64,000 nt of DNA from Paraspadella gotoi (lineage: Eukaryota > Animalia > Chaetognatha), in assembly GCA_051294375.1 (NCBI GenBank), contig JBJCIZ010000239.1, positions 6,681,545 to 6,745,544 of the forward strand. The letters run 5' to 3'. Shown here in pieces: positions 54,424 through 64,000 of the stretch. The notes below the pieces were generated by a model. That model ran no database searches. It saw only the letters and a list, made by a program, of their open reading frames with translations, and had not been told where the DNA came from. The position numbers were made by a program, and so were the translations under genes. Position 1 is the stretch's first letter. Every line of letters begins with the position of its first letter.

Positions 54424-56250
54424 CCTTTTCCCGCCTTTCCCCAATCTCCAAATTTATCCCTCTACTCGTGTAATCCACTCCGTTTTTTTTTAAATAAAAA
54501 TCCAATATTGAAATTTTTATCATTATTTATTCCTCTCTCTCTTTCGATCGAAATTCACGTCGATTTTGTATTTTTCGTATCGTTATTAACGTTATCTACT
54601 GATATCTACTGATATTTATGCACTTCGCCTTTTGCCGAGGTCGTGAACTGGACGAATAAGAAACGGGGGGGGTATGACTCTCTACGAGCGAATAAATACC
54701 GATGGATGCACATCGAACAAACTCTGCGTTTCTCCCACGAAACAACATAAAATGATAAAATGCATTTACTCGAAATACAGAAAACAAAATATAATTATCG
54801 TTACACGGTATTTTGTGTATATCGTTTTCGATTACCAAATAATCCACGCAATTTTTTGTTTGATTTTTTTCTTTTTTGAATATTTCGTTCAACGATCTTT
54901 TTCGTCGGTCGAATCCAAACTGGACAAACTTTGAATTGTCCCCTCAATTTTGTTATCCGTTTATTTTTGTCTTTTTATTAGCTCGTTGTGAATTTAGTGC
55001 ATAAAGTTATTTCGAAACACTTATGTATACAGTCTTATTTTTTTTCCCTTCCGGGCAATCGTGTAAGTTTTTAAAATTTTTAATTTTTTTTTTTTTATGA
55101 ATCTCTTAATTATAACTACGTCATCCCAATAAGTCGTGCTAATCGTTTTTTTAAAACAATCCGAGGCGGCCTAAAACTAATTGCGTTGAGATGAAAGATC
55201 ATTTTGTCCTTTTTTTTTATTATTTTTTTAAATCCGTGCGGGTATAGAACGTGGAACCGAAATGTGAGACCATTATTTTTTTTTGGTGGGAGGGGGGGGT
55301 GAAACGCGAAAAAATATGAATCATAACCTATATAATGTTATAAACTATCGACAATTTGAGGCTGTAGTTCTAGTCAGTATTTTTTTTCCACGCAAATCCG
55401 ATTCTTGACTCAACGCTGTACTTTTTTAAAAAATCCTCCAGTTCATGGAAATCATTTAATTTTTGTTTTTGTTTTTGTTTTTTTAGATGATTTTAAGATC
55501 ATGTTTTGAGATTTATATCGATCTTGAAAGTAATTCAATTGGTAGGTTTTGTAAATGATCGCCGAAGAGATTCAATTTACAGAACTTAGGTTTTTTCTTT
55601 TTTTCAAGCGCTTAGGATAATGATCCGCAAGTTCATGAATAAATTCGAAGCATGTTAATGCATTTAAAGCTTTCGTTAAACTTATAAGAATATACGGCTT
55701 TAAAACCATAAGTATTAAAAACTGCACTCTTCGATTTTGCAAAGTTATCGAAGTTACGTCAGTCTCAAAATTGCAACCGTTTTTCATTGGCAATAAATTT
55801 GTAATGCCAACTATGATATTGTCTTTTTTTTAAACTTTATTTGAAGCGATGTGATTATTATTTTTTCTTAAATTAGTTAGTTAAATTTGTTCATGTTTTA
55901 ATTTGGGAAGAACTCCCTCTATTCTAGTTATTATCTAGACGTCTTCCATTGCTGTTTACCGTTGCGTATCTTTCACATCACAGGCTTACCCAATAACTCG
56001 TGATAGCTGAAATGGAAAGGCAATGAATAATAAATATCAATCAATTAATAATAAATGAATAGACACGTAGTGAAATATTTTATTTGTCAATGAATAAATA
56101 TTCAAATGAATAAAAGTCCAATGATGGGCTTATTTTTATATTGGCCGACTGGGATTTTGCGGTCGGTTACTTGTTTTTCGCATATTATGAGCTACGTATA
56201 AAAAAAGGTAAAGATATAAAAACTTATTACAAATTTTATTTCGAAACCTC

Positions 56251-56325
56251 CCTTAACCCTAACTACCCCTAATTCCTAACTAACCCTAATCCCTAACTAT
56301 CCCTAACCACCCTTATTCCCTAACC
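56251..56325. repeat. Degenerate telomere-like (CCCTAA)n tract
   Basis: CCTTAACCCTAACTACCCCTAATTCCTAACTAACCCTAATCCCTAACTATCCCTAACC. Confidence 0.7.
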
Positions 56326-56331
56326 AAAACA

Positions 56332-56559
56332 AAAATGAATTGTTTGTTTACCAACGAGTTTTATTAAGAATATAAATTTTGAGCCTTTGTGAAACAAATA
56401 TTTTCACAGACTTGGAAGTTTGAAGAGAAAGAGAATCTTGAAAAATACTTTTTTCACAAATCGATTCGTTTTTGCGCTGATGAAGGGTTGAAGCCGAAAC
56501 TTGTCTGATATTTAAGTTTCTTAATAAAACTCGTTGTACGTAAACAAACAATTCATTTT
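56332..56559 (+). mobile_element. Penelope-like element remnant with a minimal hammerhead core between ~40-bp inverted repeats
   Basis: CTGATGA-AGGGTTGAAGCC-GAAAC-TT-GTC at 56477-56505, followed by AATAAA. Inverted repeats at 56332-56370 and 56518-56559. Stem I pairing is weak. Confidence 0.5.
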
Positions 56560-56741
56560 CTACCTCAAACGTAAAAATAGCAATTAAAATAAATTTAAAA
56601 CAATTATTATTAATTATAAAATTTATATTACTACGCTAGAGTACTGAGGGAAAACAAAATTAAATGGATTAACGAACCACCGACCGCTGGTACCTAAGGT
56701 TGATTGCGGTCGTCGAATAGTAAAGTTACCCACTTAAAATA

Positions 56742-56959
56742 TTGAAACATTATACTACTTCATTGATAGGGAAGTCAGGTTCTCTGGGGGGTGAATAAAT
56801 TAGACTGAGAGAGTCTTGATTGAAAGCTTGCAGGGACCTGCTATGTCATTATCGTGTAAGAGTGATGGAGGCTTAAAACTACCAAAGCCTGTCCAGTCGG
56901 GGGCAAGATAGCTTATTTATTAAATGGATAATGTTTTTATTGGTTGTACCAATTTCATT
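56742..56959 (-). repeat. Inverted copy of the 44806-45028 repeat
   Basis: Its reverse complement matches 44806-45028 with scattered substitutions. Confidence 0.85.
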
Positions 56960-57112
56960 AAAAGTTCGACAATACATATAATAAATTTTAAAAAAGCAGT
57001 TTTTGCGATTTTAATTAACATTAAAGAATAAGTTAAAAACTGGCGCTTTTCGCCGTTTCTCGAGATTCTCATGAGTCATTTGTTTTTCAATCAAAGAAGA
57101 AAAAAATCTTCT

Positions 57113-57330
57113 CCCAATCGCGGTTGTTCTCTCCTCCTCATTGGTCCACGCGTCCAGCCTCTCCTCCTCATTGGTCCACGCGTCCAGCCTCTCCTCGATT
57201 GGCGGAGAGGAAAAAAAAACGCGAGGCGGGAAATCCTCTCTCTTTCCCTTTACTTCTTTCTTTTCCTCTTTAACTCTCTCGACTCCCCCCCCCTTTCCGC
57301 CGACTCCCCCCCCTATAAATCTTCCTCCTC
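57113..57330 (+). promoter_or_regulatory. Putative promoter of the CNBP-like gene
   Basis: CCAAT at ~57114; tandem ~30-bp units CTCCTCATTGGTCCACGCGTCCAGCCT plus a further ATTGG; GGCGGGAAA at ~57224; TATAAAT at ~57314; 5'-UTR intron ~57538-57901. Confidence 0.55.
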
Positions 57331-58027
57331 ATAACTCATGTTTCTTCCCTCCCCCCACCCCGCCACCACCGCCGAACACCACCACATCGCCGGTTTCATA
57401 CTCGCCTTGCTTTGGCGAGCGCCGTCCCGCGTTTGTCTCGTTATCAACGTTTCTTTTTTATCTTTCTAACCTTTTTCGTTTTCAATGAAAATTTCGATTG
57501 GCGAAATTCAACGATTTGTCAATACTACTTTTACAAAGTAACATGTTTACCAAATTCATATCGATGGCCCTCGATGGGTGAATGGTTTTCCCCACTAAAT
57601 TAATTCTCGTTATTTGGAGAATTTCTCGGAATTTGTCAGCCTCGTTGATATCCATATTTCTGACATCTTTTTATTGGTCCTTCTTCGTTTCTTTGTTAAT
57701 CGTTAATTGTATTTCTTAAGAAAATCACAATGTTACATTACGTTCGAATTTTGCTAGTTTAAATTTTACAATTCTGTGAAATGTGAATTCGTATAAATGT
57801 CATAACGTACTTACGCCTGTTTTTTTGTTTTTTTTAATTGTTTACTAATCGTCCAATTTATTTAATTCTAAACTTCATACATTTTTTTTCTTAAATTGCA
57901 GCTTCTATAAAAGGAATAATTTAAAGGAAGCGTCGGGCTTCGGACTTGGGTGTTCCAGACTTTTTTCGGAGGTCGTAACAACAGGAAAAACAACAACAAC
58001 AACAACAAGAGCCGCATTAACGACATC

Positions 58028-58830
58028 ATGGGCGATCGTGGCAACGTTTGCTTCAACTGCGGAGAGGACGGACATTGGGCGCGTGAGTGCCCGACCGGAG
58101 GCGGCGGGCGTGGCGGAAGAGGAGGCGGTCGCGGAGGCGGCGGCAGGGGCGGTGGCCGCGGATTCGGTGGCGGCGGCGGCGGCGACCGCTCCTGCTACAA
58201 CTGCGGTCAGATGGGCCACATCTCCCGGGATTGTCCGGAAGGCGGAAGACGCGGAGGCGGCGGCGGAGGCGGCGGCGGCGGAATGGGCGGCACCAAGTGC
58301 TACAACTGCGGACAGATGGGTCACATGGTAAAAGGGGCAAATGGGGCCTTTGAATTATACTCGAATGTATTGTATTATGTATGTATAAAAATTGATTCGC
58401 TGTTACTCAGGCGCGTGACTGCAACGAGGAACGATCTGAGCGAGGACCTCCGCGGGGAGGGTATGGAGGCGGTCGTGGTCGGGGAGGCGGCGGCGGCGGC
58501 GGCGGCGGCGGACCCTGCTTTAAATGCGGAGGTATGTTCAGCGATCCTATATTTTTGCTCGAGTCGTTTTGAAGTTTTTAGGAACAGTTGGTTCACGAGA
58601 CTTGTTCGGATTTGACGTAATGTACTTGATTTTCTGATTTGTTTTTGGTTTTTTTTTCTCTGAAAGAAAACAGGGCAAACAAATAATTACGGGAATGGTT
58701 GTGATTTGTGATTGTGATTTGAACTTTTCGTGTACATATTTGAATTTAAAAATTTGGATTGTATTTTATGAATTTTTCATCTCCTTCAGGCCACGGGCAC
58801 TTCGCGCGGGAATGCGTCAATGCCGATTAA
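58028..58830 (+). CDS. CNBP/GIS2-like CCHC zinc-knuckle, RGG/Gly-rich nucleic-acid-binding protein
   Basis: Exons 58028-58327, 58411-58531 and 58790-58830. Four CX2CX4HX4C knuckles ([56 protein letters not shown]) separated by RGG/Gly runs. Confidence 0.85.
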
Positions 58831-59286
58831 AATATCTTCGACGACGACGACGTCGCTGAAACGTCGAAACGACAACAACAACGACGACGCCAAAGGTTTT
58901 GAAGGGTCGACCTCCGGAAGACGCCGATGTCCGAGATTCCTACGCTCGTGTTTTGTAGTCGGTTTAAATTAAATAATCATTCAGTAAAGTAAATGTTTGA
59001 AAAAATATATATAAATAATATATATCTATCCCTATCGTCTTCGTTTTAACGAAACAAAAAAAAAACCGAAACTCAAATACGTATTTAACTCCCTTTTTAC
59101 CGGTTCTTGAGATTATCAAATATTGAGATTATTTTTAGTTTTTTGCGTAACGCCAAAGGTTGCGTCGGTATAGAAAGACGTAGGTTTTTTATTTGGTCCG
59201 ATTTTTTTTTACATTTTGAAGCGTGCATTTTAGTTTTTTTTTTTTTTTTAACACTTAATGACAGAAAATGTTGAATCCGACAGAAA

Positions 59287-59296
59287 CGCGCGAAAA
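59287..59296. promoter_or_regulatory. E2F-type site upstream of MCM10
   Basis: CGCGCGAAAA ~50 bp before the ATG. Confidence 0.45.
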
Positions 59297-59341
59297 GCGC
59301 CCCCAAAAATCTGCTCATGAGTAAATAAGTAAAAAAACAAA

Positions 59342-62224
59342 ATGACGGAATCGGAAAAAGAATTGTTGGACCTTGACGAGTTGACGGCATTGATAAACGA
59401 TGACTGGGAGGAAGACGAAGGCCACGCGCCCAACGCCGACTCGTTGGAACCGAGAGTCGACGCGGATATCGCTTCCGGCGCCACCGGAGAATCGTCCATC
59501 GACGCCGGTGACGCCGCAGTGGACGAATTAGCTTCTCTGATGGACGACGGATTCTCGGACGATGAGCTTCCGCCCGAAGAAGACGTTGAAACGACTAACG
59601 TAATTTCCGGCGCCGATTCGGAACAGCGGACTCCGGAAGAAAATCCGGCGGATCTTCTTACCGAGATGGAGACGATTCGACGCCGGATGGCGGAGATCGA
59701 AGAGAAACTGAAAAGAGGAGACGGCGCCACCGTCGGTAACGGCGCCGCTTCGGCATCAACCGCGCCGAAACGACACGTTGCTGGATACATGAAAGGATTG
59801 AGGGAAGAAAAAACTGGTCAAGAGACAAAAATCACCTCAACGAAAACTGTCAAATCTTTCCCCGCCCAAGTTGACCTCCGACGGTTGGAGTCAGTCAAGT
59901 CTAAACTCCAATCTCGACCGAGACTCGCCCCCGCTGCCGATTCCCTCGTCGCCAAAACTACCGCGTCGGAACTCTTCGGCGACATGGACGACGACGAGGA
60001 ACTGCGGGAGAACCTCTCGGGCTTCGGCGCTCAAATTCAGAACAATCTCAACAAACAGAATGAGAAAGAGTTGGACGCGGTGAGAGAGCGAGAGGTTGTG
60101 AGATTAGCGACGTTACGAGAACCTACGACGCGTCTTTCAGATTTGTCGTCCCGCCTTTCGACGACTCCTGCATCCCATTCCGCCAATCAGAATCTACCAC
60201 AATCTCGAAAGGCGGCTGCTTCCATGACGGAAACGGCGGCGTCCTCCAAAAACACTCTCTCTGCTCCTCCAGTTATTTCTAATCGAACTTGCCACGAAAC
60301 CGTCTCTCAAAACTGCGAGACCGAGACGTTGACGGGTTTGCGCGTGCGAAATCCCAAAGTCTCGGTCTTCGGCCTTCAAGCGAAGATGAAATCGAAGCGC
60401 GTCGTACGCATGTCTCGCATCAAGGCCTTCATCCGCAACGGCGCCATTGAGGGCGAGTGGGTAAGCCTGGCGGTGGTGGTGACCAAGGCGGAGCCGAGGA
60501 CATCCTCCAAAGGCAACTCTTACTCAGTCTGGACTCTCTCTGACCTCGAGGACTGCGATCTCAAGGTCTCGCTCTTCCTTTTCGGCGAGACCTTCAAGCA
60601 GCACTGGAAGACTGCGACTGGGAGCGTCATCGGTATCGTCAATGCCACCGTCATGCCTCCGCGCGACAAGAAGAACTCGGAAGAAGTGGCGCTGACGGTG
60701 GATCAGCCTCAGAAACTGCTCGTCGTCGGGGAATCGCCCGATCTCGGCCATTGCAAGGCCACCAAGAAGAACGGAGATAAATGCAAGGCTTTCGTCAACG
60801 CGGCCAAGAGCGATTTTTGCACCTTTCACGTGCAAAAGGCCTACAACCGAATGGGATCCAAAAGGGGCGAGTTTCAGAGCGCCATGACTGGCCACGCCCC
60901 CAAGCGGTTTCAGAGACAGCAACTGGCCAAGAAGATCCTCGGAGGCGGCTCCGAGTTTTACTACGGCGGCAAGACCTATACCGCTCAGTCCCTGCCCGGT
61001 TTCGGCTCCGCGACGCCTGCGACCAACCCGTCCCAGAAGCGGAAGAGCGACCTGGAGAAGCTGGCCGGCCTCAACCGACTTCCGGGCGGTGCCGGAGTGG
61101 AGGAATTCCGCGACACGATAAAGACGCAGATGGCGTCGAAGCACAACCTCTCCTCGGATATCGCTTCCCAAGTCACGGCCGGCCTCAAGGGCGGCAAGGA
61201 GTTTCACGAGAGAATGACACGTCCGACGGCCGGAAGTCGACTCCTGATGAAGCACCTCGTCGATCAAGAAGAGGAGGAGAAAAAGAAGATCATCGCCCCC
61301 AAATCGGCCAAGGATCTGCTCCGTGAGGCGTCGGCGGCGTCGCGGAGTCCGCAACCGGCGACGGCCAAAAGGGGCATTGACAATGAAGACGACGACGACG
61401 CCGCGTTCAGCGTCGAGTTTGGATTTCCCTCCACGTCCAAGCTGAGCTCCAAAGCCGCCGCCATAGCCAAAATCAAAGCCGCCGGCGGAATCAAGAAGGA
61501 AGATCCCAACGCCGTCAAGGAGGCTCGCCTCGCGAAAATAAAGAACGAGAATAGGCGGGAAGGTGTCAAGCGGCGCCTCAACGACTCTGCCGACTCCGCC
61601 GCTAAGGCTCCTTCCTCTTCCTCATCCTCACAAGAGGATTCTTCCAGCCCGGCGCCGAAAAAGGCGAAGATGCTCGACCTCGATCTCAACTCGCCGGAGG
61701 GGCGCCGTCTCTTGAAGGGGAAGTCCGCCCACGCCGGCGCCTTGAGCGAGCGTCGGGCCGAGGAGGAGGAGGCCTATTTTGGCGCCTTGGAGAAAAAGGA
61801 ACGGATGGCGGAGCAGATGAGTAAGATCACCAAGATCAAGTGCAAGGTGGTCACTTGCAAGGTTTGCAAGTACACCTCCGTCCAACCTTCTGAAGAGTGT
61901 CGCGCCGAGCATCCTCAAGCCCTCGTCTACAAGTCGGGTCACAAAGGCTTCTTTTCTTGCAACAAGTGCGGCAAGCGGACGGTCTCCTTAGGGGTTTTGC
62001 CGGAGAAACCTTGCGGCAACTGCGGGGAAATGAAGTGGTCGCGGTGCAGCATGCTGCGGGAAAAAGAAGGCCCGGTGCTGGAGAACGAGATCCTGCTGCT
62101 GCGCGGCGAGGAAAGGGGCTTCGTCGGCGCCGACGGAGGCGTGACGGCGGCGCAGCGGCTGCTGAAGCAGAAACGAAAAGGCACGGCCATCGAGGAAGCG
62201 GAAGTCGAGTCTAAAACTTTTTAA
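59342..62224 (+). CDS. MCM10: Minichromosome maintenance protein 10 (intronless CDS, 960 aa)
   Basis: TGLRVRNP; OB fold (EWVSLAVVVTK...SSKGNSYSVWTLSDL...VSLFLFG); zinc finger CKATKKNGDKCKAFVN...FCTFH; C-terminal CKVCKYT...FFSCNKCGKR...CGNCG. Confidence 0.95.
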   Translation: MTESEKELLDLDELTALINDDWEEDEGHAPNADSLEPRVDADIASGATGESSIDAGDAAVDELASLMDDGFSDDELPPEEDVETTNVISGADSEQRTPEENPADLLTEMETIRRRMAEIEEKLKRGDGATVGNGAASASTAPKRHVAGYMKGLREEKTGQETKITSTKTVKSFPAQVDLRRLESVKSKLQSRPRLAPAADSLVAKTTASELFGDMDDDEELRENLSGFGAQIQNNLNKQNEKELDAVREREVVRLATLREPTTRLSDLSSRLSTTPASHSANQNLPQSRKAAASMTETAASSKNTLSAPPVISNRTCHETVSQNCETETLTGLRVRNPKVSVFGLQAKMKSKRVVRMSRIKAFIRNGAIEGEWVSLAVVVTKAEPRTSSKGNSYSVWTLSDLEDCDLKVSLFLFGETFKQHWKTATGSVIGIVNATVMPPRDKKNSEEVALTVDQPQKLLVVGESPDLGHCKATKKNGDKCKAFVNAAKSDFCTFHVQKAYNRMGSKRGEFQSAMTGHAPKRFQRQQLAKKILGGGSEFYYGGKTYTAQSLPGFGSATPATNPSQKRKSDLEKLAGLNRLPGGAGVEEFRDTIKTQMASKHNLSSDIASQVTAGLKGGKEFHERMTRPTAGSRLLMKHLVDQEEEEKKKIIAPKSAKDLLREASAASRSPQPATAKRGIDNEDDDDAAFSVEFGFPSTSKLSSKAAAIAKIKAAGGIKKEDPNAVKEARLAKIKNENRREGVKRRLNDSADSAAKAPSSSSSSQEDSSSPAPKKAKMLDLDLNSPEGRRLLKGKSAHAGALSERRAEEEEAYFGALEKKERMAEQMSKITKIKCKVVTCKVCKYTSVQPSEECRAEHPQALVYKSGHKGFFSCNKCGKRTVSLGVLPEKPCGNCGEMKWSRCSMLREKEGPVLENEILLLRGEERGFVGADGGVTAAQRLLKQKRKGTAIEEAEVESKTF

Positions 62225-62423
62225 ATAAAAACAATTTTTTTTCCGTCGTTCATTTTCTGACGGGGCTTTTGGGTTTTTTAACGTTTTTTCCTGCGTCTTA
62301 ATCATGAATTATCATGATTTATGGCGATTTCTGTCGTTCGTTAGACCCTTTTTTATTAACTGTTATGATTTTATTTCTTTTTTTTTTAAGTTTTTTCCTG
62401 CCTTGTTATAAAACCGAGTGGCC

Positions 62424-63847
62424 ATGTCTTCGTCGCCCGCCCGCGATGCCCCATCAGAGTTGATGGAGATGGAGGGTGATTTGGGGTTAAACTCGGACCT
62501 CCTCGAGCCCCCGTCGGAGCTCGTCGCACCTTCGAGCCCCATCGCGATCCCGCCCTCGGAACTGGGACCGCCAGTCGGGTAAGCGGGTTTTATTTTTGTT
62601 TATGGGGTGTGGTCTGTCGGGGATGAAGTTTAGACTTTCTTAGTTTTGATATTGGTAAGTAGTCAAGGTATGAATTACTACTGGGTGTTGTTCTGGCTTA
62701 TTGGTTCTTATTTTTTTATAAAACGCCACCTTTTATCGGTTTTTTTAATTACTGCCAGTTCGTCTATGAACCAAGAGCCAAAAAAAAGAGGTTATTTTGG
62801 TCTCAAACTCTCCATTTTAAGCCTTAATGTAATGACCCCCCCTCACCTTTGCCCCGTCTCCTCTCCACACCCTCGCATCAGTTTTCCCCCTCGGCGCCAA
62901 ACCGCTCCTCGCTCCGACCGCGTGCCCACCTCCGAACTGGACCTCAGTTCCCCGCTTCTCTACGGGACGCCGTCCTCGAACAAGTCGGTGGGCGGATCCG
63001 GCGGCGGGGAGACGCCGTTGCGGTTGAGGAGCGACTTGGGGAATCAAAGGACGTTGCGCCAAGTCAATCTCGCGCCCTCGTCCGATCGGGAGGGAACGGG
63101 TGAGATATATAGGGACGACGGGGTTGAAGGGGGGGAGGTTTACTGTTGTTTTTAACGCCTTCTCTCACTATCTTTTTATTAGTCGTTTTGTTTTTTGTTT
63201 TTTTTTCCGAAGCTTCATCAGCGCATAGTATAAATATAAATATAAAATAATGAAGAGAAGAATTTTATCATCGTGTCTCTTCTCTTCATGAATGAGAATA
63301 AAATTAAAATATAAGCGATAATAATTATATATAAAAAAAATATCCCTTCTTCCGCCTCCATCGATCTTCAGAACCTTCCTCCGACGGACACGTCCCTCCG
63401 TCCACCGACGCCCGCGACGCGCCGACGGAGCCGCCCTCGGCCGGCGACGCCGCGCAGCAGATCGTCATTTGGGGAACGGATGTCAACGTCGCTCAGTGCA
63501 AGGACAAATTCAGACAATTCATTCTTAGGTAAAAGGGATTAAATATATTTATTTTTTATTAAGGAAATTCACGATGTCTAAGTCTCGTCTGTATTTCCCC
63601 CTTTTTTTTTCTTTACGTATTTAATTGTTCATTTAAATTTAATTAGTGAAATTAAAACCCTCTTAAGATACATCGATCCCGATCTCGCTGACGACGAGAT
63701 CGAAGTGGGGATGAACAAGGACGAACCCGTCTACCTCCAAAAGCTCCACGAAATCTCCATCACGGGATCTCCTTACCTCCCCATCAACTGCAAGCATCTC
63801 AAGGATTTCGACGCGGATTTAAACCGGCAGCTCGTCTCTTATCCGCA
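62424..63847 (+). CDS. MCM4: MCM4 5' exons (continues beyond the window)
   Basis: Exons 62424-62578, 62882-63099, 63372-63528 and 63668-63847. Motifs LDLSSPLLYGTPSS, IVIWGTDVNVAQCKDKFRQF, EPVYLQKLHEI and LNRQLVSYPQ. Confidence 0.92.
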
Positions 63848-64000
63848 GGTTCGTGGTGAGAACAGGCTGCTTTCACCTTGTCTTTTTTATACTTTTTACA
63901 GCTACAGGTATATAGCGATTGTTGATAGAGAAAAAGAGAGAAAAAGAGAAATAGAAATTAAGAAAGAATTGAATGAATGAATGAAAGAAAAATAAATCAA

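Noticed and set aside
57570-57670. snoRNA in the CNBP-like 5'-UTR intron (ends CTGACATC)
   Set aside because: No convincing C box or two-hairpin H/ACA layout by eye; it would need snoscan/snoReport support.
60524-61689. Long antisense and overlapping ORFs within MCM10
   Set aside because: Shadow frames of a GC-rich coding sequence.

Overview
Compact animal (metazoan) genomic DNA with GC-rich exons, AT-rich microsatellite-laden introns and one 25-N gap; there are no prokaryotic features. All gene models were spliced by hand, so exon boundaries are approximate. Genes in order: a SPOP-like MATH-BTB gene (+) with an intronless EamA/SLC35G-like transporter nested antisense in its long intron; a GH18+CBM14 chitinase (-); then nine consecutive + strand genes (ePHD-finger protein, GTF2E1, BAZ1B/WSTF-like, TYMS, EIF2B1, ERC/ELKS ending in IWA, CNBP-like, MCM10, 5' part of MCM4). 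About 10.9-15.0 kb contains duplications that look like gap-filling or haplotype artefacts, but they expose the empty site of a 2.2-kb Helentron/Helitron2-type element. The most notable observations are: (1) a WSTF-like protein carrying a telobox-type Myb domain on a symmetric exon and lacking a bromodomain; (2) operon-like ~190-200 bp gaps at GTF2E1-BAZ1B and MCM10-MCM4; (3) a relaxed splice code with many GTY and GC donors and AAG/GAG acceptors; (4) two diverged, collinear, highly structured ~270-300 nt intronic elements; and (5) a Penelope-like hammerhead remnant next to degenerate telomeric repeats.
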